A DNA stretch of 64,000 nt from Planctomycetota bacterium. GTDB taxonomy: Bacteria; Planctomycetota; JACOTG01. Positions 54,249 through 62,605 of this stretch are shown piece by piece. A program made the position numbers and the translations under genes. Each line of letters opens with the position of its first letter. Position 1 is the first letter of the stretch. The stretch lies in the NCBI GenBank assembly GCA_016178505.1, contig JACOTG010000190.1, positions 16,939 to 80,938 of the forward strand, given 5' to 3'. The notes under the pieces were generated by a model. That model ran no database searches, was not told the origin of the DNA, and saw nothing but the letters and a program-made list of their open reading frames with translations.

Positions 54249-55871
54249 CTAGTTCAACTGATACTCGGGCAGACTCACGATCAGATAGACAAGGTCTCGT
54301 ACGCGCGCGGCGGCGTCGCCCGCCTTCGGGTCGAACGGCTGATCCGGCGGGGAGAACGCGGCGAAGAGTGCGACTTCACGCTCCTGCGCGAGCGGCGCCG
54401 CGAGGAGCCGAGTCACGAAGTGCTGAACGATCTCGCCGGCAGTCATCGTGTCGAGGCCCTCGATCGCTGCGAACGGATCCCATCGAGGCTGAGGCTGTGA
54501 GATGTCCGGCGGAATCGGCAGCTTCTCGAGCGCGGCGCGAACGCCCTTCATCTTTGGGTCGTCGAGGCTCGCCGGCAGCGGCGGACGAGAGCCGCGCGTC
54601 ATCATCGCGCCTTCCGCGACTCGTCCCTCGCCCTCGACGAGATCGCGGCCGAAATTCTGTCGCGCGACCAGCGTGCTCGTCGTGATCCAGCGTTCCCCGC
54701 CGGGCCAGCCCTTCACGTTCGGCGGTTGAAAGAGTTCCTGCCCCATGTCGCGGCACGCGACGGAGAGCCGCCGCGCGTCCTGGGGCTGGATCTCGAGCGC
54801 GCGAAGCGTGCCGACGACCAGCTCGACGGGGCTCTTGATCGTCCCGTGAAGCGCGCGCGGCGAATAGAACGCGTCGCTCTTGAAGATCGTGCGCATGGCA
54901 GATCGTAGGTCGAACTTCGTGCGGCGAAGCTCGGCGGCGAGGGCGTCGACGACCGCGGGCTCGGGATCTTCGTACGCGAAAAACGCCCACAGGCACGTTG
55001 CAAGGTGGCGCGTCGCCGCCGGCCGCGCCAGCACGGTGTCGACGACGCCCATCACGCCGAACGGGCCCGTCCTCTCGAGGATCGTCTTCCATTCCTCGTC
55101 GTGGAGTCGCGAACGCAGGTACGGGCCGTCGCGCCCGATCCGCCACCCGGTGAGAGCGCGCGCAGCTTCCTTCACGTCGTTTTCGGAGTAGTTGCCGACT
55201 CCGAGCGTGAACAGCTCGAGTAGCTCGCGCGCGAAGTTCTCGTTCGGCTTGCCTCTCACGTTCTTGTCGTTGTCGAGGTAGCGCAGCATCGCGCCGTCTT
55301 TCGCGATGCCGAGGACGAGCGTGCGGAAGTCGGAGAGCGCGTTCTTTCGAAGGAACTCGTTTTGGTCATAGAGGAGCTGCCAGCTCTTGACCTCGCGGAA
55401 CCCGCTCGTGAGGAGCCCGTGCCAGAAGAGCGTCATCTTCTCTTCGAGCGGGCGATTCGTGACGACCATGCGGCGGAGCCACCACTCGCGCATCGCTTGG
55501 GCATGGGCCACGTGGAAATCGCGGACCCAGCCGGTGGCGTCACGTCGCGTCTCGGCATCGAGCGTGCGAATCTCGGTCAGATCCGGAAGCCGCCACGCGG
55601 CGCGCGCCGAATACGGCGGGTCGTTCGCGGGAATCTTGTCGTAGTCGACGAGCGAGTCAACAGCTTTGTCGCGTCCGACCGCGACGAGCCGATCGACGTC
55701 CTCGGGCTGGCCGCCGAATCCGGCGCGTCGGAGCAAGTGTGCGGCGCGCTCGCGATCCCACGTCGCATCTGCCAACGTAGAAAGGCCCTGTGCGCCGGCC
55801 GGCCGGGCCATAGCCATGAGCGCGATGGCGAGGGCGATCGAGGTGGGCGAAGCCGCGCGGGCGCGTAACAT
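54249..55871 (-). CDS. DUF1800 domain protein
   Basis: ATG 55871 with GGAGGA upstream. Signal peptide MLRARAASPTSIALAIALMAMARPAGAQ. HLLRRAGFGG, FWHGLLTS, NENFARELLELFTLG. This is the classic partner of DUF1501, which lies downstream. Confidence 0.9.
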   Translation of the reverse strand: MLRARAASPTSIALAIALMAMARPAGAQGLSTLADATWDRERAAHLLRRAGFGGQPEDVDRLVAVGRDKAVDSLVDYDKIPANDPPYSARAAWRLPDLTEIRTLDAETRRDATGWVRDFHVAHAQAMREWWLRRMVVTNRPLEEKMTLFWHGLLTSGFREVKSWQLLYDQNEFLRKNALSDFRTLVLGIAKDGAMLRYLDNDKNVRGKPNENFARELLELFTLGVGNYSENDVKEAARALTGWRIGRDGPYLRSRLHDEEWKTILERTGPFGVMGVVDTVLARPAATRHLATCLWAFFAYEDPEPAVVDALAAELRRTKFDLRSAMRTIFKSDAFYSPRALHGTIKSPVELVVGTLRALEIQPQDARRLSVACRDMGQELFQPPNVKGWPGGERWITTSTLVARQNFGRDLVEGEGRVAEGAMMTRGSRPPLPASLDDPKMKGVRAALEKLPIPPDISQPQPRWDPFAAIEGLDTMTAGEIVQHFVTRLLAAPLAQEREVALFAAFSPPDQPFDPKAGDAAARVRDLVYLIVSLPEYQLN

Positions 55872-56257
55872 CGAGTCCTCCGAAGCGCACGGATCGTTTG
55901 GAAGGGGGTGCGCGCGTGATCGCCGACGCAGGCTCACCGGATTCGCTCGGGCTTCGATCGCGATCCAGTCGCCGGCAACTCTCCCCATGGTAACGCGACG
56001 TGCGCCCGAAGCTCTAGAGCGCTCCGATGAGGGCGCCGATCGCCGCTCGATCTTGCAGGGGAGTGGACCCCGAGTTCACACGTTCGCGAAGGGCGGGGCA
56101 TGTTCCCGTCGCCGCGCCACTGGAGGTCGCGTAAACTCTCGTCGATCGAACGCGCTTCCATGAGCGAGGGGCACGCACTTCACATGGTTGATTCGAACTT
56201 GAGGAAATCTCCGAGGCTCGGGGCGCTACTCACGCGCGGCGTGCACTCGACGATTCA

Positions 56258-56303
56258 GGACGAAATGAAGGCGAGGCGAACCCTGGATGGGGATCGCCTC
56301 GCC
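56258..56303 (-). terminator. Rho-independent terminator of the RNA-binding-protein gene
   Basis: Perfect 10 bp arms GGCGAGGCGA (56270-56279) / TCGCCTCGCC (56294-56303). On the minus strand the hairpin is followed by TTCATTTCG. Confidence 0.55.
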
Positions 56304-56324
56304 CTGAATTCTTGCGCGATGCGG

Positions 56325-56636
56325 TTAGAAGCCGCGACGGCCGCCGCCGCCACCACCGCCGTATCCTCCGCGGCTTCCGCCGCCGGTTCCCTCGGTCTTG
56401 GGACGCGCCTCGTTGACCGACAGGGTTCGGCCACCCAGGTCGCGTCCGTTCAGGCCATTGATGGCAGCCTGTGCCTCGGTCGCGCTCGGCATCTCGACGA
56501 AGCCGAATCCCTTCGACTGCCCGGTGGCCCTGTCCATGATGACGTTGGCCGAGGTGACCTCGCCGAATGCTGCGAACGCTTGGCGAAGGGTGTCCTCGGT
56601 GGTGTTGAACGACAGATTGCCTGCATAGATCTTCAA
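56325..56636 (-). CDS. Glycine-rich RRM-type RNA-binding protein
   Basis: RNP2: KIYAGNLSF. RNP1: KGFGFVEM. Gly/Arg tail: GGGSRGGYGGGGGGGRRGF. The track gives GTG 56645. TTG 56636 (MKIYAGNL) sits 8 nt after GAGGAG and fits the family N-terminus. Confidence 0.9.
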   Translation of the reverse strand: MKIYAGNLSFNTTEDTLRQAFAAFGEVTSANVIMDRATGQSKGFGFVEMPSATEAQAAINGLNGRDLGGRTLSVNEARPKTEGTGGGSRGGYGGGGGGGRRGF

Positions 56637-57057
56637 GACGATCACTCCTCTAGGAACGACATGCGCTCGATCGAACCAAGTGACTCGCGAGACAACACGT
56701 CTCGTCGAGGGCTCGATCGTACTCGATCAATGATCGCGGCAATCGAGACGACCACCGCGGGAGTGGATGAATCGCAAACCGTCAGCCGGCCGTTGCCGTG
56801 AGGCCAGCGGCGTACGTGTTCACCCTGCATCCGTGAAAGACGAATGGAATGCGAGCGCACAGGAATGCGGCGCAGTTGGAACGAGGTTCTTCTCACGTCA
56901 CCCAATGCGTGCGATGCCGACCGCCGGGAACGGAAACGTACACCTGCCAGGTGAACGATTCGGCGCGCATGGCAAACGCCCCACCCATAGCGTCAATGTG
57001 TGAAGGTCGAGTTCGAGCGTCGACTCTCGTCGTCGAGCAGGCGCTCGGACCCGTCCG

Positions 57058-57351
57058 TCAGCGTCGCCGCGGCGTACGGCCGCTCGCAAATCGGAGCGAC
57101 TTGAAATGAGGCGCGCGAACCCAAACCGCGTCTCGATGACCGGGCTTATAGTCCGCTTCTTCGAACGTGATCCGAGACGCCAGCGCGCGGCCAGCGGCTA
57201 CCGACTCCTCGCGGGTGTCGTGCTCGCTCACGATGGAGCGAGAGAATCGCGCATTCCGCTGCGGTAGGCCGGACCATCGGGCCTGCACGACGTGCCAGCG
57301 ATCGGAGGTGATGGCCTGACGCTGTTTCGTCGTCAGCGTGTCCGTGATCAT
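57058..57351 (-). CDS. Hypothetical 97 aa protein
   Basis: ATG 57351 preceded by GAGGAGG with a 7 nt spacer. Sequence MITDTLTTKQRQAITSDRWHVVQARWSGLPQRNARFSRSIVSEHDTREESVAAGRALASRITFEEADYKPGHRDAVWVRAPHFK. No family recognised. Confidence 0.45.
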   Translation of the reverse strand: MITDTLTTKQRQAITSDRWHVVQARWSGLPQRNARFSRSIVSEHDTREESVAAGRALASRITFEEADYKPGHRDAVWVRAPHFKSLRFASGRTPRRR

Positions 57352-58010
57352 CGATTGGCCTCCTCGAAGCTTTCGCCTCAAAGTGTGAAACGAGCGTCTG
57401 GCCCCTATCTTGGGCATTGCGACAGTCTCGTCAGGCGGGAGAGCGGAAAGAACGACTTTCGGCGCCGGGCCTAGCGGGAGAGTACCTGCGCCCCCTCGGG
57501 GGCGGCTCAGACCAAAGAAGCGAGAATGATAGCGTTTTCTTGAGGATTAAGCGAGCTTCATTCACTCGACCGCATGGACGGTCCGACCCGTCGCGGCTCG
57601 ATGAGCCCACTGCGATCGTCGGATTCCGCGATGCGCCGGCCGTCTCGAAGAACGCCGCACGGTCCCGCCGGCTGCGATTTTCCTGGCGCGGGTCACGAGT
57701 GTCGACTCCGAAACTTTTGCTCGATTCCATGACAGGAACCGCGTGTTGCCACGCGCGCTATGATGCGCATTCGGTCGATCGCGGGACGTCCGGGAACAAC
57801 CCTTATTCATGTTCACCCTCGAGCGTGTCGAAAAGGAATGAACGCAAAAATTCACGTCGGCATGCACGCCCGGAGCCGATGTGCGAGCGAGTGGGGCCGG
57901 AAACCGTGAAGCACTCGTGAGCCCCTGACCTGCGGAGAATGGGATGGCCGTCGAGTAGTTGAGGTGCGCTGCCGGGAGCGTGCCGACGACGTTCATGCGA
58001 AGGACGTGGG

Positions 58011-60182
58011 ATGAGTGACGCATCGGCATCCTTGCCAACTCCCGATTTCCGAATCCTGTTCGAGTCGGCACCCGGACTCTACCTCGTACTCACACCGGAC
58101 CTCACGATCGTTGCGGTAAGCGATGCCTACCTTCGCGCGACGATGACACGGCGCGACGAGATTCTCGGCAAGGGCCTATTCGAGGTCTTCCCGGACAACC
58201 CCGACGACCCGACGGCCTCCGGTGTTCGGAATCTCCGAGCTTCGCTCGACCGCGTTTTCGCCGACCGAACTCCCCATGCAATGGCGGTGCAGAAGTACGA
58301 CATCCGCCGGCCCGACGACGAGGGCGGCACCTTCGAGGAGAGATTCTGGAGCCCAATGAACTGGCCGGTTCTCGATTCTCGCGGCGAGGTCGCCTACGTG
58401 ATCCACCGGGTCGAAGACGTCACCGAGTTCGTTCGCCTCAAGCGGGCCGGGAGCGAAAACGAGCAGCAAACGGCGGAACTCCGAACGAAAGCGGCACAGG
58501 CGGAAGGCGAGGTGTATCTCCGCGCGCAGGAGATCGCTGAGATCAACAAGCAGCTTCGGAAAGCCTCCGCGGAGCTTCGGCTCGCCAACCTGGACTTGGC
58601 CAAGGCGTCACGCCTGAAGGACGAGTTCCTCGCGAGCATGAGCCACGAGCTTCGGACGCCGCTCAACGCGGTACTCGGACTCTCGGAGGCCCTGCAAGAA
58701 GGCGTCTACGGCGATCTCAACGAGAAACAACTGAAGGCACTGCGATGCGTCGAGGACAGCGGCCGTCATCTCCTGGCCCTGATCAACGACATCCTCGACC
58801 TCTCGAGGATCGGTGCCGGGAAACTCGATCTCGAAATCGGTCCGGTCGACGTTCGCGTGGTTTGCGCCGCGAGCGTGCGATTGGTTCAGCAGGCGGCTCA
58901 GAAGAAACAGATCAATGTGTCGGTCGTCGTCGACGACGCCGTGAAAACCGTTCAAGCCGATGAGCGCCGCCTCAAACAGATCTTGCTGAACCTGCTGAGC
59001 AACGCCGTGAAGTTCACGCCGGACGGGGGTGCGGTCGGACTCGGCGTCGACGCCGACCCAGACGCGAACCGCGTGCGGTTCACGGTATCGGACACCGGCA
59101 TCGGCATCGCGAATGAGGATCTCTCGCGACTGTTCCGTCCCTTCGTCCAACTGGATAGCCGCCTGGCTCGGCAGTACTCGGGAACTGGACTCGGTCTGTC
59201 GCTGGTGTTCCAGATGACCGAGCTTCACGGTGGCACCGTCGTCGTCGAGAGCGAACCAGGGAACGGAAGCCGTTTCTCCGTGCTCTTGCCGTGGACGAAC
59301 ACGCCGGGAGAGGATCATGCCATTGACGCGACCCTCGCCATTCCGTCGAGGATGGCTTCGCATGCGACGATGCGAACTGCACTGATCATCGAGGATTCTC
59401 CCGTCGTTCAGGTGCAGCTCACTCGCTACCTCGGTGATCTCGGCATCGAATGCACGGTTCATCCGACTGCCGAGGGGGCGCTGCTGAAGGCGCAGGAATT
59501 GTTTCCCGATCTCGTTGTCCTGGACCTGATGCTCGGCACTGCGGAAGCAACGGGCTGGAGCGTGCTCTCGGGACTCAAGGCCGATGCTCGGACGAGAGAC
59601 ATCCCCGTTCTCGTGGCATCGGTCGTAGACGAACGATCGAAAGGGCTGACGCTCGGCGCTGCCGAGTACCTGGTGAAGCCGATCACTCGATCGCAGCTCG
59701 AACGAGCGCTGACCGGCATTCACCTGCGTGGCAGGGGTGCGCGCCCGGCTCCGGTCCCGCAGCGATCGATCGGGCAGCGAGCGCGGCCGCTCGTCCTGCT
59801 TGCCGAGGACAACGAGAGCAACATCAGGACCGTCTCGGAGTACCTGCTCGCGAAGGGCTATCGAGTTTCGATCGGCCGCGACGGACACGAAGCCCTGGAG
59901 CGAGCGCTGAATGAGCGACCCGACGTGATCCTCATGGACATCCAGATGCCCCGCATGGACGGACTCGAAGCGATTCGTCAGATCCGCGCCAACGCGACGA
60001 TCGCAGCGATTCCCATCATCGCACTCACCGCGCTCGCGATGCCGGGTGATCGCGACCGCTGCATCGAAATCGGCGCGAACGAGTACCTGAGCAAGCCCGT
60101 GAACTTGAAGGAACTGATGCGAACGATCGAGGCGCAGCTCGGCGGACCACCAGCTGAAGGGCCGCCGGTGACGTGCGCCTAG
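58011..60182 (+). CDS. Hybrid sensor histidine kinase (PAS, coiled coil, HisKA, HATPase, two receiver domains)
   Basis: PAS: FRILFESAPGLYLVLTPDLTIVAVSDAYLRAT..WSPMNWPVLD. H-box: SMSHELRTPLNAVLG. N, G1 and G2 boxes: NLLSNAVKF, DTGIGI, GTGLGLS. REC1: ALIIEDSP..VVLDLML..LVKP. REC2: VLLAEDNE..VILMDIQMPRMDG..YLSKP. Confidence 0.9.
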   Translation: MSDASASLPTPDFRILFESAPGLYLVLTPDLTIVAVSDAYLRATMTRRDEILGKGLFEVFPDNPDDPTASGVRNLRASLDRVFADRTPHAMAVQKYDIRRPDDEGGTFEERFWSPMNWPVLDSRGEVAYVIHRVEDVTEFVRLKRAGSENEQQTAELRTKAAQAEGEVYLRAQEIAEINKQLRKASAELRLANLDLAKASRLKDEFLASMSHELRTPLNAVLGLSEALQEGVYGDLNEKQLKALRCVEDSGRHLLALINDILDLSRIGAGKLDLEIGPVDVRVVCAASVRLVQQAAQKKQINVSVVVDDAVKTVQADERRLKQILLNLLSNAVKFTPDGGAVGLGVDADPDANRVRFTVSDTGIGIANEDLSRLFRPFVQLDSRLARQYSGTGLGLSLVFQMTELHGGTVVVESEPGNGSRFSVLLPWTNTPGEDHAIDATLAIPSRMASHATMRTALIIEDSPVVQVQLTRYLGDLGIECTVHPTAEGALLKAQELFPDLVVLDLMLGTAEATGWSVLSGLKADARTRDIPVLVASVVDERSKGLTLGAAEYLVKPITRSQLERALTGIHLRGRGARPAPVPQRSIGQRARPLVLLAEDNESNIRTVSEYLLAKGYRVSIGRDGHEALERALNERPDVILMDIQMPRMDGLEAIRQIRANATIAAIPIIALTALAMPGDRDRCIEIGANEYLSKPVNLKELMRTIEAQLGGPPAEGPPVTCA

Positions 60183-60193
60183 TCGACTGAGAC

Positions 60194-61705
60194 GTGGAGG
60201 AAAGTGTCGTGAACGACAAGAGCCGGGTGCTGATCGTCGACGACGAGCCGTCGGAACGCGACACCTTGCGGGCACTCTTGGAAAAGGAAGGCTACGATCT
60301 CGTCTTCGCGGATTCCGGCCGTGAGGCGTTGAAAGTGGCGACTCAGCAACGGCCGGATCTCATCCTTCTCGACGTCATGATGCCCGACATGGATGGCTTC
60401 GAAGCTTGCCGGCGTCTCCGCGCTCACCCGTGGCTCGCAGAAGTCCCGATCATCCTCGTGACGGCGCTCGACGACCGCCATTCTCGTGTGGCCGGGATCG
60501 AAAGCGGAGCAGACGATTTCGTTTCGAAGCCAATCGACCGCCTGGAGCTTCGGGCTCGCGTTCGAACCGTCACGCGCCTCAATCGATTCCGCCGACTCGT
60601 GCTCGAGCGCGCCAAGTTCCAGTGGGTCGTCGAGAACGCCGACGACGGCTACGTGATCCTCGATCGCTATCACCTCGTGCTCTATGCGAACCCGTGTGCC
60701 CGGCGACTCCTCGGATTGTCGCTCGACGACCCCGGACCGATCGGCGAACCCTTTCTCGCGGTGGCACGAAAGCACTACCGGACGGAGCCCGCCGAGTCGT
60801 GGGTCGGGTGGCCGGATCACGTGCCCACGGCGCGGCGTCGACTGCGCTATCTCGTCCGCGCGGAATCGTCGAGGGCTGAAGCGTGCTGGTTGCAAGCGGA
60901 GCTTCTTCGGGTCGACACGCTCTCGTCCGAATCGTTTCTCGTGAGATTGCGAAACGCGTCCGCCGAGGTCCAATCGAGATTCGACCAATGGACCTTTCAT
61001 CGGTTCGTCCGCCACAAGCTCGTGACGCCGATCGGTCCGCTGAACGGTTCGCTGGAGATGCTCCAGGCGGCGGGCCCCTCCTTGCCCATGTCGGAACGGA
61101 AGGAGCTCCTGGGAATGGCAGCCACCAGCGCCAAGCGCCTTTCCGGTGAGATCGAAGCCATCCTCGGGTACATGCAGGTCGGTCACGCCGTCCATTCCGA
61201 GAAGGGCCGATGCAGCGGACGCGATCTACGAAGCGTCGTCGAGGAAGCACGCGACCGCCTGGCGCTTCGGTCTGTCCGCGTCGCGTGCGAAATCGGCGTG
61301 GACGACGTGGCGCTTCCGTTGTCGCGGCACGCGATCGAACTCGTCTGCCTCGAACTGTTGGAGAACTCCAAGAAGTTCCACCCGTCCGGGAGTCCAAACG
61401 TCGAGGTAGCCATCGATCGGATTCCCGAGGGAATCCGAATTCGCGTGAGCGACGACGGCATCAACGTCCCGCCGGAGCATCTGGACACGGTGTGGATACC
61501 CTATTATCAGGCGGAGAAGCTCTTCACTGGGCAGGTGCCGGGGATGGGGCTCGGGCTGTCGACGATTGCGACGCTCGTCTGGGGCGTCGGCGGAACCGCG
61601 CGGATGCAGAATCGTGAGGACGGTGCAGGCGTGATCGTCGAACTCGTTCTTCCTCCAGTCGAGCCCAACCCGGTGGTGCCATCACGCGAAGTCCCCGTCG
61701 CATAG
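60194..61705 (+). CDS. Response-regulator receiver fused to a PAS-like domain and a histidine-kinase-like core
   Basis: REC: VLIVDDEPSE..LILLDVMMPDMDG..FVSKP. Central PAS-like segment. H-box-like FHRFVRHKLVTPIG. ATPase boxes LELLENSKKF, SDDGINV, GMGLGLSTIA. GTG start 12 nt after the upstream stop. Confidence 0.85.
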   Translation: MEESVVNDKSRVLIVDDEPSERDTLRALLEKEGYDLVFADSGREALKVATQQRPDLILLDVMMPDMDGFEACRRLRAHPWLAEVPIILVTALDDRHSRVAGIESGADDFVSKPIDRLELRARVRTVTRLNRFRRLVLERAKFQWVVENADDGYVILDRYHLVLYANPCARRLLGLSLDDPGPIGEPFLAVARKHYRTEPAESWVGWPDHVPTARRRLRYLVRAESSRAEACWLQAELLRVDTLSSESFLVRLRNASAEVQSRFDQWTFHRFVRHKLVTPIGPLNGSLEMLQAAGPSLPMSERKELLGMAATSAKRLSGEIEAILGYMQVGHAVHSEKGRCSGRDLRSVVEEARDRLALRSVRVACEIGVDDVALPLSRHAIELVCLELLENSKKFHPSGSPNVEVAIDRIPEGIRIRVSDDGINVPPEHLDTVWIPYYQAEKLFTGQVPGMGLGLSTIATLVWGVGGTARMQNREDGAGVIVELVLPPVEPNPVVPSREVPVA

Positions 61706-61757
61706 CAGCCTTCACAACCGCGACACGCCTGACTACACTTCGCCGCCAGGTGACCAC

Positions 61758-61800
61758 GGCAAGGAGCGCCCGCGTGGGCTTCCTTGCCGCTCTCGTTTCC
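61758..61800 (+). terminator. Hairpin plus short T-tract after the RR-kinase gene
   Basis: Arms GGCAAGGA (61758-61765) / TCCTTGCC (61781-61788) with an internal GCCC/GGGC extension, followed by GCTCTCGTTTCC. Confidence 0.45.
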
Positions 61801-61807
61801 AAGGGAA

Positions 61808-62086
61808 ATGGCCATGCTGTACATGATCGTCGAGAACTTCCGTGAGGGCGATCCGCTCCCGGTCTATCGGCGCTTTCGAGACCACGGGCGGCTTGCGCCT
61901 CACGGGCTACGGTACGTAGCGAGCTGGGTGACGGAAGACCTGCGACGTTGCTTCCAAGTCATGGAGTGCGACGACCTCTCGCTCCTGAAGCAATGGATCG
62001 CGCGTTGGGACGACTTGGTCGAGTTCGAGATGTACCCGGTGATCACGTCCGGCGATGCCGCGGCCGCGCTGGCCCCACGACTCTGA
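61808..62086 (+). CDS. DUF3303 family protein
   Basis: MAMLYMIVENFREGDPLPVYRRFRDHGRLAPHGLRYVASWVTEDLRRCFQVMECDDLSLLKQWIARWDDLVEFEMYPVITS fits the family pattern as I recall it. Confidence 0.7.
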   Translation: MAMLYMIVENFREGDPLPVYRRFRDHGRLAPHGLRYVASWVTEDLRRCFQVMECDDLSLLKQWIARWDDLVEFEMYPVITSGDAAAALAPRL

Positions 62087-62568
62087 TGGTGCCCCGACCG
62101 TTTCAAGACTATTACCCAGATCACATGGCTCGTTGCTTCGGATGCGGACGATTGAACGAGCACGGCCATCAGATCAAGAGCTGGTGGGATCACGACGAAA
62201 CCGTGTGTTCGTTCCTCCCGCAGCCGCATCACGTCGCCATCCCCGGGTATGTGTATGGAGGGCTGCTTGCGTCGCTGATCGATTGTCATGGAACGGGGTC
62301 GGCTGCGGCGGCATCTTATCGCGCGGAAGGGCGTGCCATGGATTCCGATCCGCCGCTGCGGTTTCTCACGGCATCGCTGCACGTCGACTACTTGAAGCCC
62401 ACTCCACTCGGCGTGACGCTCGAGGTTCGCGGCAAAGTGAAGGAAATGAAGGGCCGCAAGGTCGTGATCGAAGAGTGGATCACGGCCAACGGGATCGTCA
62501 CCGTGCGCGGTGAGGTCGTCGCGGTCCAGGTTCCGGAAGAGATGGTGCTCGACCTGCTGCGACGATGA
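62086..62568 (+). CDS. PaaI/hotdog-fold thioesterase with an N-terminal CxxC segment
   Basis: The ATG shares its A with the upstream TGA (TGATG). CFGCGRLNEHGH, HVAIPGYVYGGLLASLIDCHG, and VRGKVKEMKGRKVVIEEWI are typical of the hotdog fold. Confidence 0.85.
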   Translation: MVPRPFQDYYPDHMARCFGCGRLNEHGHQIKSWWDHDETVCSFLPQPHHVAIPGYVYGGLLASLIDCHGTGSAAAASYRAEGRAMDSDPPLRFLTASLHVDYLKPTPLGVTLEVRGKVKEMKGRKVVIEEWITANGIVTVRGEVVAVQVPEEMVLDLLRR

Positions 62569-62605
62569 GCCGGCAACGACGACGTCATTCCTCGTCAGCG
62601 AGTTG

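Noticed and set aside
57487-57506. The GC palindrome CGCCCCCTCGGGGGCG in the 660 bp intergenic region upstream of the hybrid kinase.
   Set aside because: The loop would be only 2 nt, no T-tract follows on either strand, and it is not at a gene end. It is probably not a terminator.
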